Origin: a virus
Virus record (IMG/VR): IMGVR_UViG_3300029561_000002
Span: 1-64,000 of that record
Direction: 5' to 3' (one strand)
Length of the DNA stretch: 64,000 nt
Shown: one piece after another, positions 1 to 10,239 of the stretch
Layout: each line of letters starts with the position of its first letter
Position numbering within the stretch: the stretch's first letter is position 1
Position numbers and translations under genes: made by a program
Notes under the pieces: model-generated
The model's database searches: none
Told to the model about the DNA's origin: nothing
The model's input: only the letters and a program-made list of their open reading frames with translations

Positions 1-126
1 CGCCTATGGAGAGTACAAGAACTTGTGAGTAGATAGATATTTATATCATCAAAAGCATACTCGTTGAAGTAGGAATGAAACATAGAAGTTTATAACTTTT
101 TATAAGTTTTCAGTAACGGTGTTTTT

Positions 127-1665
127 ATGGCTGATAATACCATTGATACCCTTGATATACAAATAAACAGTAGTACCAGGAACGCTACAAAAGCATTGGG
201 AAATCTGGCTAAAAAGTTAAAGGATGTTGACACAGCACTGGGGAACGTCAATACTGGTGGGCTTAGAAACTACGCTCGTGAAATTGGAAGAGTATCAGCA
301 GCCTTACAGACATTAAACAAAACAAAAGTTAGTGTGCCGGACTTATCTGGATTAACCGGTCAGCTTCGGAGCTTGTCAAAAGTTGACTTTACGACGCTTG
401 GAGCGAGTACGAAATCTTTGCAGAATCTGGCTGCTGGATTAAGTTCTTTAAAAGGTGCTTCTAATGTTTCAATTCCAAAGATTGATACAAAAAACGTCAA
501 GTCAGCAGTAAACGCTATTCAAAAATTTCAAGAAATTGATGCTGTGAAGATGCAGCCCGCAATAACCGGTGTTGGAAAAATTTCTAGCACCATGAACGCT
601 CTTAACGGAATGAACTTCAAGGATTCTAAAATCACGAATGTTATCAATTCCTTAAGCAGACTTGCGATGGCAGATATGAGCGGATTTGACACTTCAAAGA
701 TGGGAGAAATCATCAAAAGCATCGACAGCTTAAATGATATTGAGGATGTATCTTCCAGTGTCAACCGGTTTGTAGGTTCACTGGCGAGACTTGCTAATGC
801 TGGAGGAAAAGTAGACCAGTCAGCAGAAGGCTTAAAAAAACTCGGAAAGAGTTTGAGAAAAGTTGTTAATGGTATGCTGTTTACAATAAAGCCCTCAGAA
901 TCCATAAACATGTTTGTGCAATCCATTTCACGGTTAGCGAATGCAGGTGACAAAACCGGTAAAACTGCATCGCAATTAGGAAATCTAGCCACAGAAGTAA
1001 AGAAGTTCTTTGCCGCCATGCAGAACGCTCCACAGATCAGTGAGAATACGCTGAGAATGACTGAAGCCCTCGGGCAGTTGGCGACGGCCGGTGGAAAAGT
1101 AGGAACTGCTACGAACACTGTGGTCAATTCCTTTAACAAGCTTTCCTCTATCGGTTCAGGGCTTTCTTCGTTACTTGGTGGAGTAGCAACAAAAGCAAAG
1201 AGCGGACTGGGATTTCTGGCAGCCGGAATCTCTAGTCTGGTCAATAGGAGTAGTGGACTGAAAACAGCATCTTTCAATGTGGGTTCTTTCATTAAGACCG
1301 TCCTTGGATTCAAAGCGGCTTCAGCTGTAATGAACAAATTCAGCGAAGCCATGGGTGGAAAAGGAATCCTTGAGATTGGTTCTGATATCGCTGAGGTCGA
1401 GAACGTTGTAGATGTTGCTTTTGGAAGCATGGCAGATCAGGCATACAAGTTTGCATCTACGGCGACAAAACAGTTTGGATTATCGGAACTGGCAGCAAAG
1501 AACTACTCCGGAACCATGATGGCGATGCTGAATGCTTCTGGCGTGGCGCAGGAATCCGCTGCGAAGATGTCAACAACTCTTGCGGGATTAGCCGGAGATT
1601 TGGCATCTTTTTACAACATTGATACTGATACCGCCTTCTACAAAATCAGGGCGGGTATTTCGGGT
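127..1665 (+). CDS. Tail tape measure protein, exon 1 of 3
   Basis: ORF 127..1701 has helical repeats (SRLANAGGK, SRLANAGDK, GQLATAGGK). The conserved core ..DTAFYKIRAGISG ends at 1665; the frame then reads RYFAPCSRKAA and stops. Confidence 0.75.
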
Positions 1666-1988
1666 AGATATTTTGCCCCTTGCAGTCGAAAGGCTGCATA
1701 GAAAATCGAGCAAAATCGGGGAAAGCTAAATTGATTATCAACATGCTAATCCCGAGGTAAGCGGTCAGATTACTAACGGCTGACTGCCACCGTAACGCGT
1801 AGGAGCTGAATAAATATAATGCTCCCAAGAGTGTTCGACACGATTGATAAAGTCAATCCACTATTAAATATAGCGCCTAACGTTATACGAGGGTGAAAAG
1901 GTACGCTGAACCGGGGATGAATCAACATCCCATAATGCGAGGAAACTCCCGGAAGTATCGGATAAAAAGCCGGTACGGTAACAAATTG
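1666..1988 (+). ncRNA. Group I-like intron 1 in tape measure gene (no ORF)
   Basis: 323 nt insert with stops in all frames. It follows exon T1665 and ends in G1988. GCCC at 1675-1678 can pair with exon GGGT, giving a U.G at the splice site. It shares sequence blocks with the second insert. Confidence 0.6.
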
Positions 1989-2174
1989 GAAATTGAGCCT
2001 TTAAAACAGCTCGGAATAAATCTTTCGATCGCCAACTTACAAGAATATGCACTGTCACAAGGCATTACAACAGCCTATAATTCCATGACACAGGCACAAA
2101 AAACAATGCTGCGCTATAACTACATCATGTCAGTTACAAGTGCGCAGCAGGGAGACTTCGCCAGAACAGCCGGT
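1989..2174 (+). CDS. Tail tape measure protein, exon 2 of 3
   Basis: EIEPLKQLGINLS...QQGDFARTAG continues the tape measure core. It lies in a different frame from exon 1. After 2174 the frame reads RLCAA and stops. Confidence 0.7.
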
Positions 2175-2487
2175 AGACTATGTGCCGCCTGATGTAGTAA
2201 TACATCAGTGAAAATCGGGTAAAGTCGGTAAAGGTTAAGTTGACTTAATACGAACATATTATATTTACAGGATAAGTCAATAAGTTAATACCGAGATAAG
2301 GCTATAGAGCAAAAGCTATAGCACATTGTAGAGCGTAGGGATTGAACCTAGGCTCTTTTTTATTAAAGAGTTTAGAATATAATATCCCCAAGAGTATCCG
2401 ACATCCTTATGGGATGAAAATGTACGCCGAACTTATAGGAAACTATAAGAACTATAGGATAAAAAGCCTATAGGATAACATTAATTG
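2175..2487 (+). ncRNA. Group I-like intron 2 in tape measure gene (no ORF)
   Basis: 313 nt insert. It follows exon T2174 and ends in G2487. GCCG at 2184-2187 pairs with exon CGGT, at the same +9 offset as in intron 1. It shares GAAAATCG, CCCAAGAGT, GGATAAAAAGCC and the AATTG 3' end with intron 1. Confidence 0.6.
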
Positions 2488-5400
2488 ACATATGCAAACC
2501 AAGTACGTCTCCTTACTATGAACATCCAGTCCCTTGCATCTGTTATCGGACAGGGCTTAATCGCAGCAGTTCTTCCGGGAATCCAAGCTCTTAATGCCTT
2601 GATGTCAAAACTTATGCAGGCTGCGGAAACATTCCGCAACTTTATGTACGTTCTGATGGGCAAAAAAATCAAGGGATCCACAAGCGGGGTCGTAAACGAT
2701 CTTGCCGGACTGGAAGATTCCTCAGCAGACCTTAGCGGATTACAGGATGCCGGAGATGCAGCAGCTTCTGGGCTGGACGATGCTACTTCGTCAGCAAAAG
2801 CTCTGAAAAAAGCTCTTTCTGTTCTTCCGTTTGACGAACTGAATCAGCTCACAGATAATTCTAGTTCATCTGGTTCAACATCTGGTACCGGAAAGGGTAA
2901 AACTGGAACCGGTACAACGCCTTCATTGGGTCTTGGCGGAATCACAAACCAGATAGACGATGCTCTGAACAAAGAAGAAACCCCTATCAATAAATGGGCC
3001 GAAAAAATTCGCAAAGCTTTTCTCAACCATGACTGGGAAGGACTTGGAAAGACTATTGCAGATATGCTTAATATCGGAATCCGGAAGATTTACGATGTTA
3101 TTAGTTGGAGCAATGTAGGTCCGAAAATCTCTGCATTTTGTAATGCTTTTACTCGATCTTTTAACAGTCTTGTTGAAAATATTCACTGGGATAGATTAGG
3201 GCGTACTGTCGGTGCCGGTATCAACACTTTGGTCAACACCTTTGAGCTTCTGATTGGCCCGGGTGGCATTGACTTCGTAAACATTGGTAACAAACTGGCA
3301 ACTGGGCTTCGTGGAATGATTGACGAAGTTAACTGGCCAAACCTTGGTCAAGTCCTTGGCAGTGGTTTTATGATAAGCTGGAATATTCTGGACGGTTTTG
3401 TTCAGAAAATGTCTAAAGAGAATAATGCCGGTCTGACTGGTTGGGAACAGTTAGGAACTGCAGTTGCCGATGCCATGAATGGAGCTTTTGGCAGAATTTC
3501 ATTCTCCAAAATAGCAACTACGATTGCGACCGGATTAAACGGTGCATTTAGGACATTGGCTGCATGGACGCAAAAATTCAACTGGGACGAACTGGTAAAC
3601 AATATTTCCAACGGAATCAATACTTTTATTGGAAAGTTTAAGTGGCAAGAGAACGGAACATCCTTAAACACTTTCATCACAAACTTACTGGACGCTCTGG
3701 TTGATATTGCAGCAACAACAGACTGGGAGTCATTCGGAAGAGGTATCGGACTATTCCTTAGCCAGATAGACTGGGGAAGTCATCTAAAGGATTTAGCCAC
3801 AGTATTAGGGGACGTTTTGGGCGGAATCTTTTCCGGCTTAGGAGAAACTACAGCTGGTAAGTTTGTAGTTGCATTTGCCGGTGTAGGATTGGTGTCAAAA
3901 GCCGATACCTTGGTGTCATCTATTTTAGTTGCTATGGGAAAACTGCCGACTGGAGCCAGTGCTACGGCAACATTACTGGGAACAGCACTCAGCAAAATAG
4001 CGACTGCATTTTCAACAAGTACATTAGGCACAGCTGTTGGGGTTTACGCTCTGGAAGCTGTTGACAAGTTGAAAGCGATCCCGACTACCATAGCAACACA
4101 GATTGCGCCAAAAATCCTTGAAGTTATAACTACCAAACTTTGGCCGGCTGCAACTGCCTTCGCTGGTTCAATTGGAACTTGGATTACAGGAACTTTTGCA
4201 CCAGCTATGGCAACAGCGTTTTCTACATTGGGCAGCGTACTATTCAGCCCGATAGGTTTAGCTGTTATCGGAGCTGTTGTCGGTGGATTTCTGCTGTGGC
4301 AAAATTGGGATACCGTTACGGAATTTGCCGGTAAAGCTAAGGAAGCAATAGAAAATGCGTTCAGCACTGCCGGAACCTGGCTTTACGCACATGGATCAAA
4401 CCTTATCAATGGACTTTACAACGGTGCCAAAAACGTGATTTCCACTGTTGGAACATGGCTTAAAACAAACATCTCGGACCCTATTATCAACGGTATTAAA
4501 AACCTTTTTGGTATTCATTCTCCGTCTACGGTTTTTGCTGAGATTGGCGGGTATTTGATATCTGGACTGAAACAGGGAATCTCTGACAGGATTGGAAGCG
4601 TGATTGATACGTTCACAAACATTAAGAACACTGTAACCGGCGTGTGGGACGCTATTAGTTCAAATACCAAAACAGCATGGGATTCAATTGGTTCGAAAAT
4701 TAAAGGAGCTTGGGATACCATTACTGGACAAACTGAAATCGATTCTGCATCCGCAGCTACAAGTGCTGAAAAATCCTTCAGCCGTGTAAGCACATCTGCG
4801 ACAAAGAACTGGGGCAACTCTTCCCGTGAAGTAACCAAAAATGTCCGCCAGATGAAGGTTGATGCAAGTACGGAACTCGGCAGAATGGACGAAACCGTCC
4901 GCAGCCACTTTGGAAGCCAGTACAGAATCGCTCTTGGCAAATGGCAGAATCTTGGAAGGGATATTTCTTCTTACATCCGGGGAACCATGAACTCAAGCAT
5001 TGGCGGTGCGATCAACGGTATAGTTAATACAATCAGTCGAAATTTCGGAGATATGTACAGTATCGGGCAAACGGCTATGCAGAATCTCCGAAACGGCATG
5101 GAGTCAATCAACATCAGGACTCCACATATTTCTATGGATTATACTGATTGGCAAGAGGGACAGACCCACAAGTGGCGGTACAATTCGAGAGTTGACTGGT
5201 ACGCCAAAGGCGGTCTTTTCAATGCTGCATCCGTGATTGGTGTCGGTGAAGCTGGAAAGGAAGCGGTCCTTCCATTGACCAACAAGCAGGCCATGAAGAG
5301 CATTGCTGACAGCATTACCGGAAACATGCCGGACGGAAGTATCGGGCTAGGTAAGGAAGAAATGACACAGGCGGTAACACAGGGTGTCGCTATGGCAATG

Positions 5401-5541
5401 ATGAACATGAACACCGGTGGGAACTCATCTCCACAGTACATTTCCAACACGATCAATCTGGACGGACGTGCTATTGCGAAAGCGGTCACAAAAGCCCAGA
5501 ACGACAATAACCGGCGGAAAAACCCTAGCCCAGCGTGGTAA
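2488..5541 (+). CDS. Tail tape measure protein, exon 3 of 3
   Basis: TYANQVRLLTMNIQSL.. continues the conserved core. About 1017 codons with Gly/Ala-rich hydrophobic stretches. The spliced product would be about 1592 aa. Confidence 0.8.
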   Translation, partial: TYANQVRLLTMNIQSLASVIGQGLIAAVLPGIQALNALMSKLMQAAETFRNFMYVLMGKKIKGSTSGVVNDLAGLEDSSADLSGLQDAGDAAASGLDDATSSAKALKKALSVLPFDELNQLTDNSSSSGSTSGTGKGKTGTGTTPSLGLGGITNQIDDALNKEETPINKWAEKIRKAFLNHDWEGLGKTIADMLNIGIRKIYDVISWSNVGPKISAFCNAFTRSFNSLVENIHWDRLGRTVGAGINTLVNTFELLIGPGGIDFVNIGNKLATGLRGMIDEVNWPNLGQVLGSGFMISWNILDGFVQKMSKENNAGLTGWEQLGTAVADAMNGAFGRISFSKIATTIATGLNGAFRTLAAWTQKFNWDELVNNISNGINTFIGKFKWQENGTSLNTFITNLLDALVDIAATTDWESFGRGIGLFLSQIDWGSHLKDLATVLGDVLGGIFSGLGETTAGKFVVAFAGVGLVSKADTLVSSILVAMGKLPTGASATATLLGTALSKIATAFSTSTLGTAVGVYALEAVDKLKAIPTTIATQIAPKILEVITTKLWPAATAFAGSIGTWITGTFAPAMATAFSTLGSVLFSPIGLAVIGAVVGGFLLWQNWDTVTEFAGKAKEAIENAFSTAGTWLYAHGSNLINGLYNGAKNVISTVGTWLKTNISDPIINGIKNLFGIHSPSTVFAEIGGYLISGLKQGISDRIGSVIDTFTNIKNTVTGVWDAISSNTKTAWDSIGSKIKGAWDTITGQTEIDSASAATSAEKSFSRVSTSATKNWGNSSREVTKNVRQMKVDASTELGRMDETVRSHFGSQYRIALGKWQNLGRDISSYIRGTMNSSIGGAINGIVNTISRNFGDMYSIGQTAMQNLRNGMESINIRTPHISMDYTDWQEGQTHKWRYNSRVDWYAKGGLFNAASVIGVGEAGKEAVLPLTNKQAMKSIADSITGNMPDGSIGLGKEEMTQAVTQGVAMAMMNMNTGGNSSPQYISNTINLDGRAIAKAVTKAQNDNNRRKNPSPAW

Positions 5542-5729
5542 AAACCATTGCCATTTCTGCCGAATTGCGGTATAATAAATGAGTAACAAGTAACACCTAT
5601 ATCTTGTTATATTGTGCGAAAAAACAAAATATTGAGCAGACTTAAGATGATATTTATTTGGGTTGAAACAGTGACCCGTTTTCCGTGATACCGTCTTGGA
5701 GTCTGCTCTTTTTTGTTTTACAGAAGGGG

Positions 5730-5948
5730 ATGAAGCAAATGAAGCCATATGGATTAGTTGACAGAAATATTATACTCAACAAAAATCTATCGTTGGAAGC
5801 AAAAGGAATATACGGCATATTGATGAGTCTTGATGGAACAGACTTTGAACTGGATGAAATCTGCGAATGTGTTTCAGAGGGCAAAGAAGTTGTCGGAAAA
5901 GCTTTAAACGAATTGGTAAATCATGGATTTATTTCATTCGAAAAATAA
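5730..5948 (+). CDS. Small winged-helix-like protein (start 5730 or 5739)
   Basis: ORF track entry. GAAGGGG RBS lies upstream. The C-terminus GKALNELVNHGFISFEK resembles a wHTH recognition helix. Confidence 0.4.
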   Translation: MKQMKPYGLVDRNIILNKNLSLEAKGIYGILMSLDGTDFELDEICECVSEGKEVVGKALNELVNHGFISFEK

Positions 5949-6063
5949 TACGGTAAAACCAACAGGCTAGACCGATCATCGAAAAGCGGAAATGCCTTGC
6001 CGCCTGCCTGTTGATTTACATACATTTCAAGGCATCTTATATACGAAAGGCAGGTATTTTTCT

Positions 6064-6534
6064 ATGAAGTTTAAGGAACAATCCAAAAGTCTTAATATTC
6101 CAGTGGCAAGAGAACCTATTATATATTTTTTGCTGAATGGCGATGAAGTAGTTTATGTTGGACAGTCAATAACGGGACTTTGCCGACCTTATAGTCATTC
6201 CGATAAACAGTTTGACAATGTTTCAATTATTAGGTGTAAAAAAGAAGAATTGGATGATTTAGAAATATTTTACATTAGGAGATATATGCCAAAATACAAC
6301 AAAAGATGTATTGACGGTTCAAAAGATTTTTCTTTTTTAAAGGTTAAGGAAATCATCAGGAAAAATACTAATTTTGAACAATGCACGATTTTTGACATCA
6401 AAAGAATGATGAAAGTTATTGGGATTAAGGCATATGCGGTAAGAGATATGTTTTATATTTCAGCCGATGATACTGAAAAGCTTGTAGAATATACTAATAA
6501 TCATTTTGATGGATACAAGCTGGTGATAAATTAA
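6064..6534 (+). CDS. GIY-YIG-like nuclease domain protein (putative)
   Basis: IYFLLNGDEVVYVGQS ... FYIRRYMPKYN resembles the GIY/YIG/R/E/N pattern. Internal ATG of ORF 5992..6534. Confidence 0.45.
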   Translation: MKFKEQSKSLNIPVAREPIIYFLLNGDEVVYVGQSITGLCRPYSHSDKQFDNVSIIRCKKEELDDLEIFYIRRYMPKYNKRCIDGSKDFSFLKVKEIIRKNTNFEQCTIFDIKRMMKVIGIKAYAVRDMFYISADDTEKLVEYTNNHFDGYKLVIN

Positions 6535-6664
6535 TTGGTAAATTCAGTAGGCTAGGGTAGCTCCCGAAAAGTGTAAACCTTGATGCACCTGCCTACTGTT
6601 TTTATAAATCAAGGATTCTGGCATATTATGGAGATGCCAATGACCAACAAGGAGGTTATTTATT

Positions 6665-7642
6665 ATGGACAAAGAGTTTAATTATCCAAGAGATTTTAAA
6701 GGAGTATGGATCCCGAAACAGGTTTTTCTTGATGAAAGATTAAATGCGATTGAAAAATTGATTCTGGCAGAAGTCGACAGTCTTGATGTAGAAGGAAGCG
6801 AAGGATGCTTTGCGAGCAATGAATATTTAGCAAAATTCTGCCAATGTAGTGTGACAAAAGTTTCTACTTCTGTCTCCAAGTTAATAAAACTTGGATATCT
6901 TTATGTGCTTAAAAATGACGGAAGAAAAAGGTACTTAAAGAGTAGACTTTCAAATTTTGAAAGTCAGGAATTTAAAAACAGTAATTCAGACACGTCAAAT
7001 ATGAAACAAAGTAATAATAATTATAAATACAGTGTAGATGATATAGATAAAGACTTTATTTTATCAAATAAAGAGAAAAAGACTTTATCAAAGAATGATA
7101 AAGGTTCAAAGACTTCTGCTCCTAATAATATTAATATATTAAATATAAATAATATACCTTCACGGACAACTGAGCAGAAGGAAGTGCGCCGTAAGCAAAA
7201 ACAGAAAAATCGTTCTGAGAAATACCGGGACGAAGATGTACCGCAGATTCTGTACAATAAGTTTAATTCCCTGTATGGTGAACAGGAGAATATTCTGGAA
7301 GATCATGACATCTGTCTGACCATGGCAGTTATCGCTTATTACTTCAAACAGTACCGGGCGCACATGGGCGAACAGCATATAATGATTTCTGCCGAATACG
7401 TAGATCAGTTCATGGGAGTTATCATTGGCGATGATTCACCACTTCTGAAAGCGGACGTGGAAGAAAAAGATGAACTTCGGTTCTATCAGGACATGATAGA
7501 TGAGTTTTTTAAATCAGACCTTGGTCAGCGAAATGGAAAAGAGTTTGACCGTCATATCTGGTTGTTCTTCTCAGAGAGAAATCAAGACATTTTGTGTGAA
7601 CGGGTAAAGCAGAAATGGGATAACCAAGAATACATTGACTAA
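6665..7642 (+). CDS. wHTH (DnaD/replication-initiator-like N-terminus) protein with Asn/Lys-rich linker
   Basis: N-terminus VWIPKQVFLDERLNAIEKLILAEV...YLAKFCQCSVTKVSTSVSKLIKLGYL. Low-complexity middle region. Confidence 0.45.
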   Translation: MDKEFNYPRDFKGVWIPKQVFLDERLNAIEKLILAEVDSLDVEGSEGCFASNEYLAKFCQCSVTKVSTSVSKLIKLGYLYVLKNDGRKRYLKSRLSNFESQEFKNSNSDTSNMKQSNNNYKYSVDDIDKDFILSNKEKKTLSKNDKGSKTSAPNNINILNINNIPSRTTEQKEVRRKQKQKNRSEKYRDEDVPQILYNKFNSLYGEQENILEDHDICLTMAVIAYYFKQYRAHMGEQHIMISAEYVDQFMGVIIGDDSPLLKADVEEKDELRFYQDMIDEFFKSDLGQRNGKEFDRHIWLFFSERNQDILCERVKQKWDNQEYID

Positions 7643-7763
7643 AGCAAGCCAAAATCCGTTTGAAATACCGTAGGCGATAATTTCCTCACGCAAACGATTC
7701 AAATTGATTCGAGCCAAAAACATTACAGTAATTGATTGTAAACTCAACATACAGGAGAAACAC

Positions 7764-8003
7764 ATGGACTTCAAAACAAAATACTTTGCTATCTGGCAGG
7801 AAGCGTGGGGATTGCACAAGAAATACTGGCGGATTCCACTGGACGAGTCTGAGATGTGGGAACAATTTGCAGTTGAAGCGAAAGCCCTCAGGAGCAGATA
7901 CGTGGGAATGCCGGAAGAGCATTTCGTGGGGAAACTGATTCTTGCCGTGACAAATGAAGTGGAAAACGTTTCAAAATCATTTAGTGATAATTTCCACAAA
8001 TAA
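7764..8003 (+). CDS. Hypothetical protein
   Basis: AGGAG RBS at 7753-7757, 6 nt before the ATG. ORF track. Confidence 0.4.
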   Translation: MDFKTKYFAIWQEAWGLHKKYWRIPLDESEMWEQFAVEAKALRSRYVGMPEEHFVGKLILAVTNEVENVSKSFSDNFHK

Positions 8004-8063
8004 TACGCTAGAATTGATTATAGCTTAAAATAATACAGTAATTAATTAGAAAGCGAGAAAGAA

Positions 8064-8393
8064 ATGAGTAGACTTGGAAAAGAAATGCCGGCAGAATATT
8101 CTGATCAGTTTGATGAACTGAGGCAAAACCGGTGTGAAACAAGCTTTTACAAATACGGCACTGCAAAAGATAATTTCGGCGAGAAATTGGTAAATGCCAT
8201 AGAATCTCATGATATGTGCATCAAAAAATATCTTAAAACCGGCAACACGGAGTATCTTTGCGATGCTGCGAATTATCTGATGTTCGAATTTATGTACCCA
8301 CAAAAAGACGGTGCTTATTTCAAGGCTACTGATAGTGGTGAAAGTGCCGGAGTAGCAGGAACACCGATAAATCATTTAAAGGAGAAGTGGTAA
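8064..8393 (+). CDS. Hypothetical protein
   Basis: ORF track. Tightly coupled to the next gene. Confidence 0.45.
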   Translation: MSRLGKEMPAEYSDQFDELRQNRCETSFYKYGTAKDNFGEKLVNAIESHDMCIKKYLKTGNTEYLCDAANYLMFEFMYPQKDGAYFKATDSGESAGVAGTPINHLKEKW

Positions 8394-8394
8394 A

Positions 8395-9027
8395 ATGAAG
8401 AAAATCAAAATTATGTTACTTGCAATCTTATGTCTATGTCTTATCGGCGGGACTACAGGATGTGCTCGGATGGACGATGCTATTAATGACATCAAAGGCG
8501 ATCTGGTTGGAAATGGATATACAATCCATACTTACGATAACTATGGCTCAAAAGTGATGACCACTAATGGCGATAAAATCAATGTTCAAGGGAATCCGAT
8601 TGAGACAACTTCTTACAACAGTGATGGAACTGTGGTCAGCGGATACGAGCTGTCATCCGTGATCACAATCAATATTGACGGCAAGGAAATCCAGAGCTGC
8701 GGCGACACCTGCATATTTGAGCAAGATGGTCTGGAGCCGGATGTGGATTTTGAGCAGACTGATATTTACAGTCAATCTACAGGAAAACTTTCTGACAATA
8801 CTTACGTTGCCGGGATCGTAAATCAGTACAAGAATTATTTCGGAAAATCCAGAGTTGTTGTGATTAAATCTCAGCTTGGGCAACCTATTACAGCATATTC
8901 TGGTGACGAAGTATACTGGAAAATTCCGAAGAAGTTGCCGAAAATGACAAAACTCATGATTGACGGGAAAGCCCTTTACATCCACCGGGCAAACTTTCAG
9001 ATTATTGACACAGCATTGTTGAAATAA
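8395..9027 (+). CDS. Putative lipoprotein
   Basis: N-terminus MKKIKIMLLAILCLCLIGGTTGC is a signal peptide with a lipobox-like Cys. Confidence 0.6.
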   Translation: MKKIKIMLLAILCLCLIGGTTGCARMDDAINDIKGDLVGNGYTIHTYDNYGSKVMTTNGDKINVQGNPIETTSYNSDGTVVSGYELSSVITINIDGKEIQSCGDTCIFEQDGLEPDVDFEQTDIYSQSTGKLSDNTYVAGIVNQYKNYFGKSRVVVIKSQLGQPITAYSGDEVYWKIPKKLPKMTKLMIDGKALYIHRANFQIIDTALLK

Positions 9028-9191
9028 AACGGCTTAAATACGGGCACAATTTTTTTGAACGATAAAAACTCCACGGAAACACAAAAAATGGATTCTAGGC
9101 GAAAATGCTCGATCAATTATTGTGATTCTCATTGTAGTTTTTTGCACTTGGATGTATAATTGAGTTATCAATCCAAGGGAGGAAGAAGAAA

Positions 9192-10079
9192 ATGAAAAGG
9201 TGGAAAAAGCTTACAGTGATTTTGCTGGCAATGATTATGGCGCTTGCCATGGCGGTTCCGGCATCGGCGGCAACAGTTAAAATTAACAAAACGAAGGCAA
9301 CCATTTGCACAGGGCAGACATTGCAACTGAAGATGGTCGGAACGAAAGCAAAACCAAAATGGTCTAGCAACTCGAGAAATGTAATTGTGAATAGCGCTGG
9401 AAAAGTAACAGCAAAGGCCCGAGGAACAGCTACGATTATTGCTAAAATCGGGAAGAAGAGATATCGGTGTTTGGTGACAGTAGAAGCGCCGAGGATAAGC
9501 AACTCAAATATTTCACTGTACAAAGGAAAAACGGCACAGCTTAAAATGCTGAATACGAAGCAGAAATACAGATGGACTTCTTCAAATACCAAAGTTGCAA
9601 CAGTTTCGTCAACCGGTAAGATTAGCGGAAAAAGTGCCGGGACTGCTTATGTTTCCGCCAGAAGTGCGTCTGGTAAAACATTTAAGTGCAAAGTCACAGT
9701 CAAGAACACACCTAGCAAACTTAAGATGCTTTTACCAAATCAAAAAGAGTGTGGAGATGCAGATTTCTTTATTGAATATAATTCTCAAAGAAGTACGAAT
9801 GGTAAAACCGTACTTATGCAGTTATATAAACAATTTCCAATGGGATATATCAATTTTTCAGCAAATAATGTTGACCGGGGATTAATGACATATATCTATA
9901 TTGACGGAACACTCTGGGATCAAAATCATGGTACTTCTGTTAGTGGTGGTGGGTCATTGGACGACATTTATATAAAGCCTGGAACACATGTTGTTGAAAT
10001 GGTGCAATTTGCGAATAATAATCGTTATGGGAAAGTGAAATCGTATCGCAGAGCAATGTACAAAGTGACTTATAAATAA
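9192..10079 (+). CDS. Secreted protein with two Big_2-like Ig repeats
   Basis: Sec signal ..AMAVPASAAT. Two repeats match the bacterial Ig-like group 2 pattern (GQTLQLK...WSSSN..VATV...G.V.A...GTA.I). Strong RBS. Confidence 0.65.
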   Translation: MKRWKKLTVILLAMIMALAMAVPASAATVKINKTKATICTGQTLQLKMVGTKAKPKWSSNSRNVIVNSAGKVTAKARGTATIIAKIGKKRYRCLVTVEAPRISNSNISLYKGKTAQLKMLNTKQKYRWTSSNTKVATVSSTGKISGKSAGTAYVSARSASGKTFKCKVTVKNTPSKLKMLLPNQKECGDADFFIEYNSQRSTNGKTVLMQLYKQFPMGYINFSANNVDRGLMTYIYIDGTLWDQNHGTSVSGGGSLDDIYIKPGTHVVEMVQFANNNRYGKVKSYRRAMYKVTYK

Positions 10080-10184
10080 GACCATGGACCGGGGAGAAAT
10101 CTCCGGTTCTTTCTTTTTACTCGAACATCATATGTAAAAATATGGAATCATATTACGTCAAAAAAGTATAATGAATAATCATAA

Positions 10185-10212
10185 AGCGTCTATCTTTGAT
10201 AGGCGCTTTTTT
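10185..10212 (+). terminator. Rho-independent terminator after the Big_2 gene
   Basis: 10-bp stem AGCGTCTATC/GATAGGCGCT (one G.U) followed by TTTTTT. A second hairpin plus T-run lies at about 10088-10120. Confidence 0.6.
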
Positions 10213-10239
10213 CATGCGCAAAAATGAGGTGATTATTCA

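Noticed and set aside
1893-2192. 99-aa ORF, and the C-terminal tail of ORF 127..1701, as independent genes
   Set aside because: Their conserved parts are contiguous pieces of the tape measure core. The non-conserved ends are read-through into intron sequence.
528-5507. Many minus-strand and alternate-frame ORFs inside the tape measure gene (e.g. 528..1430, 4044..4367, 4515..4940, 5139..5507)
   Set aside because: These are shadow ORFs of a long, compositionally biased coding region. None has an RBS or recognisable motifs.
7912-7921. CGGAAGAGCA 10-mer matching the recombinase-associated motif
   Set aside because: It lies inside a coding region (GMPEEHF). A 10-mer match is near chance expectation for about 128 kb of two-strand sequence.
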